A stretch of 63,955 bases of DNA, the filler included, from Kipferlia bialata (taxonomy: Eukaryota), in the NCBI GenBank assembly GCA_003568945.1. It is 6 parts of 6 records of this genome, joined end to end, with 100 filler letters (N's around TTAATTAATTAA, not from the genome) between each part and the next. Parts side by side here need not be neighbours in the genome. Positions count along the whole stretch, not along the records: positions 24,033 to 35,945 come from BDIP01001160.1; positions 36,046 to 47,954 come from BDIP01001161.1; 4 more parts are not named here. The stretch is one strand, 5' to 3'. The stretch's first letter is position 1. Each line of letters begins with the position of its first letter. Shown one piece after another: positions 25,566-39,187 of the stretch. Below the pieces are notes generated by a model that saw only the letters and a program-made list of their open reading frames with translations, was not told the DNA's origin and ran no database searches. Position numbers and translations under genes: made by a program.

Positions 25566-28500
25566 TTAGGCGAAGCGGAACACGTATCTCAGTGCCACAG
25601 CAGACTGGTCTCTGAACCGCACTCCCTGTCCACCCCTAGTGCTCTGACCCCTAGACATGTCTGCATAGTGCATCAGTACCACAGACGTCTCACCCTGCGG
25701 CTCGGGAAGGGTGCTGGCCTTAGTCTTGCCGCCCCTCTTCCTCCCCTTCCCATTGCTCTTCCCCTTCCCCTTCCCCTTTCTTACGCGGTCAGGGGGAGTG
25801 ACGCTGAACTCCATGGCCTGCATATCTGTGAGGGAGGAGTACTCCACAGAGGCACCCCCCTTAGAGAGCACAGCCTGGAGGGCATCCTCCTGCACCTCAG
25901 ACCACACGGCAGTGAGGGCACCGGCACCCACACCCTGAGCAAGTGCAGTGTAGCGAGGGTGAGTCAGCAGGTGCAGGGAGTGTACCGGAGTACCACCAGA
26001 CTTGCAGAGGTCAACAAACTCCCCAGCCTCAGGGTGCTGTAAGCTCGCCTTCTGGGCCTTGGCCAGAGTGTACTGGCTTGTCACCATCTCATGGTACTCA
26101 TCCCTAGAGAGAGCCCTCCCTCCGCATCCCACACCAGCTAAGGCAGCCACCTGGGCAGCCTCCTGTCTAAGCAGCACCTGCCGGGTTCTCTCCCCAATGG
26201 CCTTCTGTCTCTCAGCCTGTGCTATGCGCCGTCTCTCCAGGGCCTCGGCCTCTCTCCTCGCCACTGCGGCTCTCTGCGCCATGGTCCTTCTCTGTCTCCT
26301 GTCCTCCTCCGTGACAGTCTCCTTGTGCTGGAGTGAGAGTATATCATGGAGCGTGTTAAAAACTAGTATAACACTACATGCCAAAGACCTTGACATAGAG
26401 TGAGAGAAGAGCAAGTACGAACACAATACTACAACACTACTACATGTCAAGTACCTTGACCATCTCTCCCCCAGGCCATGCTGAGTTGACACTCCCATCG
26501 ATGTCACTGGCCACAGTGTTGCCCTCTGTCAGAGAGTGGCCCATGCCCCCTAGGGTACCAAAGCAATTGGGGCACACGGTCTGCACGGTGGCCCCTCCGC
26601 AGTCTCCGATGTAGTACAGGTACCCGCAGTCGTGCTTGTACCAGTGGCCAGCCTGGGCGTTGGAGCCACCTGACGTCAGAAACTACCGGGTAGAGAGTTA
26701 CTCATTATGAAGGCCAAGATACGTACCCATGGCATTTCCAATCTCCTTCTTCTCTCTCTCTGTGAGCTCTGTCACCACTGCCTCCTCCTCTTCTACCTCA
26801 GAGGTAGGCTGGGCTGCAGCCTCGGCGAGAGCGGCCTTGATCTCGTTGTTACGGCTGATGACCTCTGCAGGTTAGGATAGATCTGGTGCATACTGTGAAC
26901 TATATGTGCCATTCAGCACTCACCTCTGATGAGACGCTGGTACCGGGGGGCATTGGCGATGTTGAGAAGGGTCCTTGAGGTGAGGACAAGTCAAGATACA
27001 ATACATCGGAAGAGAGTATTGAAGACAGAGATGAGGTTACCTGCAGCTGTCAGCTGGACAGGTGACTGTGACATTCATCTCCTCACTAGCCAGTATGTTG
27101 TCCTCCCTCACCCCCAGGGCCTGGTCGAGCTCCTCAACCATGAAGACATGTCGGCATGTGGGGATGTAGTAGAGCAGTTCCTCGGGGTACTCCTCACACT
27201 CCTCGAGGAGAGGGGTCATGGTGAGGAACGACACCTGTCCCTCATATGCTGCCTTGTTGTGAACTGGGCAGGGGGGGCAAGGCTCACCACACAGACCACG
27301 GCACCTAATGGTCAGAAAATGACGAATATATCATTGAACATAATGGAAACGGGATCCTGGAATGAATACCTGCACCCGCAGCCTGGTATGTTCTTCCCAC
27401 ACCGTCTCTCACACGGCTCTCTGTCACAGTCCTCGTGACACCGCTTACCACAGGAGGAGTGCTCGCAGTGGAGGGTACAGGGTTCCTAGATATGAGGGGA
27501 GAGTGGGGACACGTACACTGAATACTAGAGAGTATTAGAGTGAACACTATCAACATACATCGCAGGGAGGACAGTCCCTACTGCACGGCGCAGGACAGGC
27601 CCCATGAGAGCATGTACTGAGCTCACACTCTGCGTTGCAGTGACACTCTCCATCATGCCCACACTGCCCACCACAAATGTGACCACACCCCAGCACCCTG
27701 AAGTGGCGCTTGTCACACACCGAGTGGTGTCCCGACTGTGTGCACTGGCCACACTTGGATGTGCATGTGTGGCCGCACTGCAGAGTGGCCGCACAGTCAT
27801 TCACGCACACAGCAGCAGGGCCATGTACACAGAGAAGGTCACACTGCTGGGAGAAGGGTCTGTCACAGGTAGGACACAGAGAGGGCACCACCACAGTGCA
27901 CTTGCCCTGGGAGCAGAGCCCCTCGTGGCCACAGGGTAGGGCACAGGGGTGGCCACACTCTAGGGCCTTCTCACAGCGTGAGTGGCAGACAGGGGGGGAG
28001 TCGAGGTCCCTTGCCTTCCAGCACTGTACATTGGCAGTGTGGCCACAAGGGAAGGGGTATGCCACATGCTCTGTGCACTTGCGGCATGCCTTGTCAGCCT
28101 GACAGGTACTGCACACACCCTTGCACCTATGCCCACTTGCACACACCTTGGTGCACCTGTCCTTGCACGAGAACCCACCCTCTAGAGTGTGGTCACCGCC
28201 GTGACAGGCCAGGGGGCAGGTGTGGCCACATAGGAGCCGCTGCCCGCAGCGCATGTCGCACCCTCCCAGACACCATCCACTACCTGGGTCCAGTTGGTCC
28301 GGGGAGGAGTACTGCAGGGCGGTCCCGTGAGTGGGGCAGCCTAGGTGGATGGAGGGGCCATAGCCAACAAGGGGGGAGGGGCTCTCCCTGAAGTACTCAT
28401 GTACTAGTCTCCACTCAGGACTGGCTGCCTCAGGCCCGTACAGCTGGTTGTGGCCACAGACGATCATGACCTCCTGAGGGTAAGGGATAAGGAAATAGCA

Positions 28501-31500
28501 GCAGCAATATTTAGATACATACAGTACCTTGGCGCGAGAGAGGGTGACCAGCGCTCTGTTTGCCAGCTTTGTGAACCCCATCTTCTGGGATCTAGTGAGT
28601 GACACCAGGATGACCTTGTTCTCCTGTCCCTGATAGTCGTCGAGACACACCACACTCACATCGGAGAGCTGGGTCCTGGGGACACGCAGGACGTGTCTGG
28701 ACGGGGTCCTCTTCTCAACCTAGCATTAGGAGAGGACTGATGAATATAGTACCGTACAATACACCCTACCTTGGCGATACGTGCCCCGAGAGAGTCGATC
28801 GTCTCCCTGATCTTGAACATCTGGCCCTTGTAGAGGGATATGATGGTGATGTCTTTGGGTGTGAATCCATTGTTGCACAAGAGGGGGAGCAGGTTCACGA
28901 GCATGTTGGCCTGTAGGGTGAGATGACACATATAACAGCACTATATACAGTCTGCTTCATACTGTACCTCATACTCGTTGGTGTAGGACCTGCTGGTCCC
29001 CTGTCCGCTAGTCTCAGAGTGACTGTGCTGCAGGAAGAACAGGGGCTTCTGCAGAGTGGGGTAGGCCCCTGTGATAAGGGATGCAGGCGCCCCCGTCTCC
29101 AGACCCTGGTTGAAGGCATGGTTGATGAGGCCACAGATCTCAGGGCGCATTCTACGCTGCGTGGAGAGCTAGTGTTAGCATTAACATTGAATGGCAATTT
29201 ACACAAATGTTCTCCTACCTGCACTCTCTGGAGACCCATCTTGGTGAGCCTCTCGAACATGGACCAGTCGAAGTTGGTGGGGTCGCCCTGCACGGCGTAC
29301 TCAACCTTGGGCCGCAGCTGCTGCTCATCGCTGGAGTTAGGAAGTGGAAGTGGAATGTTACTGCACATCACTACATACGAATGGGTCGACTCGCAGTGTT
29401 CGTACCCGATGAGGATGATATGCTTGAGTGACTTGCACATGCATGCCAACAGCTGGCTCTCAGTCAGCTCTCCTGCCTCCTAGAATGAGTCCCAACATGC
29501 AACAAATCTGCCGATATCAAAGAGATCTGGGCTTGCATCTACCCACCTCTACCAACATGACACTTGGCTGCAGCCCCTGTAGCAGGTGCAGGTACCGGGC
29601 AGCGGCCGTGGATGTGAATGCAATGATGGGGATGCGGCTCTGCTGGAGTCCCTAAGGGTGAGACCCCTTGTACTTAAAGACATAAAGAGAGTGACTATCA
29701 CAACTACCACATATAGGGCAGAGAGAAAGAGAGTGATTGATTGTGAGAGTACCTGCTCTAGCCCCTTGTCCTGCTCCAGTCTCAGCTGGTCCACGGCACG
29801 CTGCAGGGACTTGATCAGAGTCAGGACACTGCCGTCGTCGCCTACAGTGAGATGATGAGATATCGAGGACAAATTTCGCAAGCTACTTTCGTACCTATAG
29901 TCAGCCCGCCCTGTGCCTCTTGGCCCTCCCTGGTGTGGCGCAGAGACATCAGCATCCACTGCTGGACCTGACGTCAGAGAGTGGTGTTACATGAAACATA
30001 CCTCGTATTTCCTTGGCAACAGAAACAATATTTACCTCCCGTGGTGACAGGGCCCAAGGCTTCTCAGGCAGCTTGTTGGCGCCGAGGGTCTCCTTGGCCT
30101 GGGGCTGCCCCTCCCTCTGGACATCTCTGTGGTACTGCATGTCGACATAGACGGCATCCTCGGAGGACTCACTGGACTCAGACCCCTCCTCGTCACTCTC
30201 AGTGTACTCGTCCCCATCCCTCTCTCTCTCTCTCTCTCTGTGGCCGTGGCCCTCCCTCTCCGCCACAGTGTAACTGGGCACAGAGGATAGGCCTATCCCA
30301 GCAATGCGAGCCTCTAGTACACTCACTCCCATGTCATCTGTTGACTGTGCACCACCATGGGTACTGAGTGCATCAAACCGGTTGCTCTGGGTGACCTCTC
30401 TCTCACTGTAGCGCTGCTTGAGGTCTCTCTGGAGATCAGATATACTGAAGTCCTATATACGATGGACCAGCCATATAGTCCTATACACAATGGTTCACTT
30501 CAGAGTCTACAAGAGTATACCTCAGTGTTGGCGAGGATCCTGCTGTAGGAGTTGTCCCCTGCCACCCAGCGGTAGAGGAGGGCCTGGTTACGGTCCACCT
30601 ATACGTAAGACAGGTACACATATAGGTACACCTAATGTATGAATAGTATTCTATATACCATTGGCACAGGCACGTACCCTTCTCAGCATCTCTGTGAACT
30701 CATCCTGGCTGTCCAGCAGGTGGCAGAGCCTCCACACACTCTGGAGCAGATCCATCTCAGGCAGACCCGGCACGGTGGGGAGCCGCTGGAAGACCTGACT
30801 GTGAGATATCTGATACAATACACAGGCAATAACGAAATACCACCCACCTTGCGGTTGTTGCGGTTGGGATCCAGCCTCTCCTTGGGCAGACGCACTGTGC
30901 GCTGGGCGCTGAGGAACTGTAGCCTGAAGGTGAGACGGCCATAGCGCCATACAATCACGCGCCAAACTGCAATAGTCTGGTTGTTTCGCACCTGCCGCCG
31001 TGTCCGTCCACCATGAACTCCAGGTACTCGTTGCACAGTGACATGAACTGCCTCTGCAGCTGGTGTTAGGGACCATATAGATAAACAAACCCACACACTA
31101 TATACATTGCAAAGCAGTCACACCTGACCGAGAATTTTGAAGTTACTATATATCATATATAATAGACTCACACCATGCCTGAGGGGGAATCTTCTTGAAG
31201 GGTGTCTGGCCAGTCACAATGTGCTCTAGGGTCTGCTCCAGACGGCTGAACACAATGAGGGTGTTGGCAGCATCGCTGGCGACGTCATAGGTCTCCTCCT
31301 TGTGTCTGGATGAGAGATCGATAGGCCATCTACAGAAGAAGAGATGAGTGAGACAGAGAACCCGAAGACACAAGAGGAGATGTATACATACAATACAATG
31401 CAGTACGTTACCTGTAACCATCGTACACCCTGCCCTTGTTCCCCTGTCCCTGGGATATGCCCTTTCTCAGCTTGGTGAACTGACGGCCGAGGATGCGCTC

Positions 31501-32333
31501 GTCAGTGGTGCGGGGTCTAGGGAGTAAGACTATGTTCAAACAACAACACCAATGAGTTAGCTCAAGAGAGAAATACCTGCCGCCGATTCTGAGGATGCTC
31601 TTCTCGTCTGTGAACTCCAGTACACCCTCTAACAGGGTGTCGAGGGCCTGGAAGTGGGAATCAGTCTTGATACGGACAATTAAATAACAATATCAGAGCC
31701 GAGTAGACGATGTAAATGGCTTACCGTACCTGGTTGGTGTATGTCACAATGATGATGGGCCCATTGATGGCGTGGCTCTTGTGGGCTTTGAGGAGAATCT
31801 CCAGGATGAGTTTGGCAGTGTAGGACTTGCCTGAGGGTCAGGGGGTCACGCACATTGAGACTATATAGTAGTGGACAGGGAGAAAAACAAAAGTATATAT
31901 ACAGTAAGAAACCATTCTATCCGTCATACCTGTCCCTGGCCCCCCTCTGATGAGAGTCACTGCGTTGTTGTGGGTGTGTCTGATTCCAGCGAGCTGGGTG
32001 GGGTCGGCACGACATGTGTGGTCTCGAAGCATGGCCTTCACAGTGCCTGTGCCGTGGATGTCCATCTCTCCCTCCCACACCAGCCTCCTATCGCGTAGGA
32101 AGGGCGTGGCGATTGCCTGGCCTAGTCGATGGTACAGGACAGAGACGTCCACACTGTGCCCCCTGAGGTCAGCAATACAAAGGACCAATAAGAATAGGAA
32201 GGAAATACACATCTATAAAACTACACGATACCCCTTACCTGACCCACTGAGGGGGAGGCATCTCAGCATCCACTCCCGCTAGCACACCGCCAAAGGGGAC
32301 TGAGTCAGCCTGCTTGGCCTTGAGGTTGGACAT

Positions 32334-32370
<37 letters not shown>

Positions 32371-35300
32371 AATATATATATAAATATACACTACCTTCAG
32401 GTTGGACACGATTGGCACATAGGCAGGGAGGAGGCGGTCTGAGAAGCCCAGTATCTCCACCTGGCCTCTGAGGACAGAGTCTAGGTCGGCACTGCTGAAT
32501 GGGTACATGTCGGTCAGGACCTGCAGTGAGTGCATGTGATACAGGATATACATATCCGTAGTTATCAAACTTGCCCTCACCTCGACAATGAGTGTGTCCC
32601 ACCCGTTCCTCTTGCTCTGGTGCTTGTGGCCATGGCCTCCCTTCCCATTCCTGTTGAAGCGGCGCTGCTTGGCTAGGACATCTCCAATCTGGCCTGGGGT
32701 GAGGGGGGATGATAAGCAGTGTGAACTGAGAGAGAGACCCATATTCTTACAAATATATATATACAAATATAGAACTTTACCTAGAGCCATGAGGGGGATA
32801 GCCGTGGCCCACTTGTCAGCAGACACGAGGAGGAGTCTGCGGATGAGACGTCAAGAAACATGCTGACAAAGTAATACCAAATATCTCAATAATGCTACTG
32901 GACAAGACCATAATACACTAAAACAGCTTGTCTCTGGTAAACAGGATTTAGTATACCTCCCATACTCAAGCATGGCTGGCATAGAGCGCTGGGGGTGGAG
33001 GAATGACACCCTGAGCTGGATCCTGCTCTGAGACTCGTCCCGCATCACACCCACAAACCGGGCATTGCTGACGGTGAGAACTCAGAAAGCAGAATAGGGA
33101 GAGTGGCAATGCATTAGAACAATGGGACTGAGACACCTCGTGAAATCCATGAGGCAGCATAGAGTGAATACATCAACCCGATCTATATGTACCATGAATA
33201 TACAAGTATATCTTAATATACCCATGTACCTGATGTGCATGATGCCTATTTTCATATATCCTACCTGACGTATATGATTATATATATACACACACACATA
33301 TATATATACATATATACATACTATACCTGATGTGCATGATGTCTCTGGGGTCCACCCTCTCATTCTTGAAGAATGCACGGGATACCTCACGAATGGGCAG
33401 GTTGAAGTTGTCCCTGAGGTAAGTATGGTATTGACAATGGCACTTATATATAGAAAATATGATACGTATAGCTAGTACTCGTATAGGAAGTATGAAGTTA
33501 TCCCTGAGATAAGGAGAGTATTGACACATATACAAAAGCAAGGATGACAGTAAGGAGAAGTAGATATATCCCCTCAGACACGGATGTGACCAATACTAGT
33601 CCAACATTCTGTATAGACTATTATCTACACACAATATAGGTACCTCTCCAGTGCAGCGTATGTGTCAAGCTGTACGTCCACAGACACATAGCGGGGCTCC
33701 ACCCTGGGAGCCTCCATTGCTCTCTCTCTCTCGAGGACATTGCCGAACCCCTTGAGGCTCTGGAATAAATGAAAGAGATCACAAGAGAGTCCCACAAGAC
33801 ACAGATAGAGTTTCATTATGAAACGGGGAGAGAATCAAACACATATTATATCAAGAGGGAGTGATACATACAAAGTGTACCTCCATTGTGTCTAGGGCAT
33901 TGATCTGGTCTCTGGGGGTGCCTGAGTAGGCACCTAGTGTGAGACAGTATAATAGAGAATCCACTGACAAAGATAGACAGTAACAATAATTATCAGTAAT
34001 ACTATACACAGTCCGTACCTATCCCCCCTGCCACTCCCTGGTCAGCCACACGCTGCATCTGCTCCCTCTCCAGTGCCTGGCGCCTCGGGTCAGAGAGAGA
34101 AGGAGATATATAGCTGCTGCTGATATGCACTATATAGATACTCTCTCCAGTGCCTGGGGTCAGAGGGAGAGAGAAATATGTGTGAATGGATCTATATCTA
34201 TATTTACATTCATCTATATACACATACCTCTCTGTCTCTGCCCTCAGACTAGTCAGTATGGTGCTGATGGTGGATGTGTAGGAGGGGGCACTGCGGATGG
34301 ACAGCTCCAGGATGGCCTGGGGTCAGAACACACCACTGACACATAATATAGATAATATAGAAAGAATCGAAAAGAAGGATCATCTACACAGAGACCTGAT
34401 GCACTTTGTCATACCTGGTCGATGGATATGTTTGCTCCACACAGCTCGATGGCCCTGTTGAGCAGCAGCACCACACTCTCCACATCCTTCTGGGGGAACT
34501 TGGACCTGGGGTCAGCACAAATAGTTATGGAATCGTATCCTTGCTAAGTCTGTGACGGAGGGAGAGAGAGAGAGAGAGAGAGACAGTACCTCCCGAGCAG
34601 GATGTCCTCGATGTAGTCTCTCTTGAACAGAGAGTGTGTCTCGGTGAGGCGGCGGAGCATGTTGGCTCCTGGAGATAAGGAGAGTAGGACTTGATGGATT
34701 GATGAGTAGAGAAGTATCTACCTAATCACCATATTCACCTCCTAAATATATATACAAAGACTACTCACCTATAGTCTCGTCAGGGCACCCCACAATGAGA
34801 CTGCGGCGATCAGACCTGAAGTAAGGGTCAATCATTGACCGTCAAAGAATGGAGAGGGAGGACACTGAACCGTGTTGACAGAGAGAGAGAGAGAGAGAGA
34901 GAGTTGACACCAATGCCCAACCTCAGAATCTGACTCTTGCACAGACCCGCAGAGAATGCGATGTTGTCCACTAGCTTGGTGGCTAGGTCAGCTTGGTCAG
35001 GATAGTCAGAGGGCTGGGGTCAGGGAGAGAGAGAGAGAGAGAGAGAGAGGGTAGGGGAGGGGGCACGACAGAATGCATATACTGCAGGGAAGACGCACCC
35101 TGAGCCTTGCGTACTGGAACACTGTCTCGATGTCTCTGTCAGATATGCGGGTGGGCTGGAACCCCTGACTCTTGCGACCCCTGCCTAACATGAGTAAATA
35201 TAGACATAGTAACTTGGATTGGATTGACACATGTACTACAAATGGCACACAATACCTCCTGATCCCCGGCCTCCACGCCGGTGGTTCCCTCCCTGGTTCC

Positions 35301-35505
35301 CCCTCTGTGAGTGTCCCCCCTGCTGCCCGCCGTGGCCTCTCCTCCCACCCCCACCCCCTGACCCCTTCTCCTCACCCTTGCCCTTCCTGTTGCGGCCTCT
35401 CCCACCCCTGGACCCGCCTCCACCTCCTCCACCGCCTCCACCATCATCCTTCCCCTTCCCTTGACCCTTGTTCCCTTGGCCTCTCCCCCGTCTCTGCTGT
35501 GTCAT
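25566..35505 (-). CDS. ZNFX1: ZNFX1-like UPF1-family SF1 RNA helicase with NFX1 zinc fingers, RING-like domain, RZ finger and C-terminal PARP-like extension
   Basis: Spliced motifs GGPGTGKS, VTYTNQALD, LRIGGR, VEEAGE, LIGDEQQLRP, SMFERL, QRRMRPEI, YKGQ, DDYQGQE, NRALVTLSRAK; Cys/His-rich CGH repeats; GHWYK..IGDCGG..CPNC..GG..H..ASDIDG..AW; RGG-rich N-terminus from ATG 35505. Confidence 0.92.
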
Positions 35506-35806
35506 CACTCAATGGATGACAGGACTGAGTAGAGAGAGAGTATTCGTCAGGCCTCTTTTGATCTATGGTGTTTCTGTCTTAAACCCTCATACACTGAGTC
35601 ATAGTACTTGGCCGTGACACTGCAAGTGAAACAGCATACAACTCACTCAGATTCTCCTGTCAATCTATTCACACACGGACACACAGATCAACACGGACTC
35701 TGAAACAAGAAACAAGACACACAAAACTTCAAAGCTTGGCAAAGCCTGACAACTGTGAAACAACCATGCACCACGAGAACACTCTTAGTATGAACAACAT
35801 CAGTCT

Positions 35807-35945
35807 CACCCCTGCATAGCAATTTCCCCCTGGGCCTGCTGTCTGAGGAGGTTCTGCTGCTCCAGCACCTCAGAGGTCCACCTGGCCGTAAGAGAGATAG
35901 GGGGGGGGGGGGGGAGAGAGAGAGAGAGAGATACTGTACCTCTTG
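35807..35945 (-). CDS. 3' terminal exon(s) of an unidentified gene cut by the contig end
   Basis: Donor at ~35939 and a following exon ..SEVLEQQNLLRQQAQGEIAMQG*. Confidence 0.4.
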
Positions 35946-36045
35946 NNNNNNNNNNNNNNNNNNNNNNNNNNNNNNNNNNNNNNNNNNNNTTAATTAATTA
36001 ANNNNNNNNNNNNNNNNNNNNNNNNNNNNNNNNNNNNNNNNNNNN
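35946..36045. other. Artificial contig linker
   Basis: N-TTAATTAATTAA-N, 100 nt. Confidence 0.98.
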
Positions 36046-36098
36046 TAGCCATCAACTGGGGGTGAGGAGGTCTCGGGTTCGATTCCCACAGGAGTCAC
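36046..36098 (+). other. tRNA-like 3' half (T-loop/B-box plus acceptor-like strand), degenerate; possibly a tRNA-derived SINE fragment
   Basis: GGTCTCGGGTTCGATTCCCACAGGAGTCA; T-stem imperfect and 5' half cut by contig edge. Confidence 0.35.
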
Positions 36099-36189
36099 AA
36101 ATATATATACATATATAGTCCTGGCCCTCGGTGAAGGAGTAACCACCAACTGATGTAAGGGTGTAGAGAGAGGGAGAGAGAGAGAGAGA

Positions 36190-39152
36190 CTTGGAGTGGT
36201 CCTGGCCCTCGGTGAAGGCATAGCCTGCGACTGATATAAGGGTGTAGAGAGAGGGAGAGAGAGAGTAGGAGATACCCATACTCACCCTTGACGTCTCTGA
36301 CATTGGTCACAGTCCAAGCCTTACAACATGATATATATATATATACATTGAGATATAGATATATTGATATGTATACACATGTTCTATACACTCACCCTTG
36401 ACGTCTCTGACGTTGGTCACTGTCCAGTTGGCACCCTCGTTCTGGGGTGAGAAGGTGGCATTGTATGAGTGAGTGGTGGAGAAGAACTGTATCCCATGTA
36501 TGAAGAACTGCATACACATACTATATATATATACCCTACCTTGCACTCTGGCTCGTCGAGAGGTCTGCCCCAGGACTCGACATAGCTGAGGGATCAGAGA
36601 CACACAGAGAGAGAGACCCAATCACTGAATGACGAGAGAAGAGTGAAGAGTGAAGACAGTGGAAAATGACAGAGAGAGAGCCACCGTTATGTACTGATCT
36701 GTCATCATGGCCTCTGCCACCAGTATCAGTATCAGTATCAGACATATATATATATATATATGTAGAGAGAGAGAGAGACTATGTCGGTCAGATCTACCGA
36801 TCAAACATATATAAACACCCCAACGTACAGATCTGTCATCATTGCCTCAGCCACCAGGTTCTCCCACAGGGGCTGGTCCCACTTCTTGTTCTAGGGGGTG
36901 AGATGAGAGTGAGGGGATGGGGGTTCGATCCATGTCCTTGATAATGACTCTTTGACCCTATGAATACCTTAGCGAATGCCTGGAAGTATGACCCCCCCCT
37001 TGTCTTGAGCACACCTGCCCATGCCTCTGCTGGGGTGATGTGGTAGTCTTGTACCATGGCCTAAGGGGTCAGTATCATACATATTATGATTATATGATCG
37101 ATTTACACACGCATACACACCTTGTACAGAGTTGGTGCCCACAGCTTGACCGATGTAGGCATGGAGACCCCATAGTAGTGGGGCATGTACACGGCCAGCA
37201 TCTCTCCTAGGGGGTAGAGAGAGGAAGAGAGGGGGAGAGGCAGTTACCTGTAGTTCTGGTTACACACGATATACACGACATGGAGACGGTATCTATACAG
37301 TCATTTGATAGTAGTACATACCCACTTCCTCTGTGCTGTCTCTGTCAATGCACACACACTAACACTATACCTACACAGTATACACATTGATACAGTGGTA
37401 TATACAATTGCATACAGACACACCCACACGCTCTGTGTCTCTGTCCATGAGGACACTGTATATACTGTACTATATCGGTTATATATATATACTATATAAT
37501 ATACTACAACATAGCTAGTACATACCCACTTCCTCTGTGCTGCCCTTGTCCATGCTGACACACATACACTGTATAGGACTTGTATATACTATATACTACT
37601 ATATATATATATATATACACAATATGCTATACTGACAGTGCATACACTCACCCACTTCCTCTGTGCTGCCCTTGTCCATGCTGACACAGATGAAGGACTG
37701 GCCGTGGACAGTCTCAGTGTCTAGAGTTAAAGGGTGTAGAGAGAGAGAGAGATAGAGAGACAGATGAAGGACTGGCCATGGACAGTCTCAGTGTNNNNNN
37801 NNNNNNNNNNNNNNNNNNNNNAAGGACTGGCCATGGACAGTCTCAGTGTCTAGGGTATAAGGGGTGTAGAGAGAGAGAGAGACATATATATTTCCTACCT
37901 GGGTACTGGTATGGCTCATCGGCCAGGATGTGTGGGTAGTGGGGGACAGAGTGCATGATGAAGACGCCTGGGGTTAGCGTATACATACACAATACAAATG
38001 AGTATGTATATATTGTACATATTATCAATGCTAGTTGGGGACAGAGTGCATGATGAAGACACCTGTTGGGTAAGAGACCATATATATACACACACATTAT
38101 ATATATATGTATGAGTGTATGTATACTATAAAAATACAATGCTAGTGGGGGACAGAGTGCATGATGAAGACGCCTGGAGGGTGAGGGAAGGTCAGAGAAT
38201 ACTTGCAAACACCAATGACACTACTCCACTCTCCGGATAATGCAGCGATAGTATGCAGTGTAGAGTGACAAGAATACCTGTGCGTGACTGGCTGTCCACT
38301 GCCACCATTCCCTTGGCATGGGCCCTGAGGGGTAAAAGGGTGTAGGGTAGGAGAGGGGGTCAGTGGAAGGAGAGAGAGAGGGAGAGGGAGAGGGAGAGAC
38401 AGAAGTAAACATTCCCTTGGCATGTGTGCCCTGATGATTTAAGGGTGTAGAGAGAGAGAGAGAGAGAGAGATAGAGAGATAGAGGCAGAGCAGAATTACC
38501 CACCTGTATCCATCCGAGTCCTCCTTGCCTGGCTCTGCCTCTCTCTCTCTCTCTCTACACCCACATATATATATACATATATACATACACCCATACCTGT
38601 ATCCATCCGAGTCCTCCTTGCCGGGCTCTGCGTCGTTGTAGTACCCAACCCCAACCTGGGCACTGCCGGACTGGGCGTCTGGGGGGATAAGGGCATATGG
38701 CATAGAGGGAGATATAGTATCACACACAGCGAGTAAGATACTCTGCCAAGAGATGGAGAGACCTGGTCACTGCCGGACTGGGCGTCTAGAGTGAGGGAGA
38801 GACACACCCAGAAATGTATATATATGTGTGTGAATGTATGTATGTATATACACAATAACACTGAGAGACCTGGTCACTGCCGGACTGGGCGTCTGGGGTA
38901 GGAGAGGGAGAGACACACAGACACAAAGAAGAAGAAGAAAGAGAGGAAGAGGATACTTCGGGAAAGAGAGAGAGAGAGAGAGAGAGAGCTTGTCACTGGT
39001 GGACTGGATGTCTGGGAGGTAAAGAGACTGGAGGGAGTATGGACTGTGTGAAGACAGGGAGGGAGTATCCTTCTGCAACGCCGTACCCTGTATCATCTTC
39101 ATGGTGAGGGACACGGCACCCCTGTCAGTGTCCTGGGGGGGTGAGGGGGATG

Positions 39153-39187
<35 letters not shown>

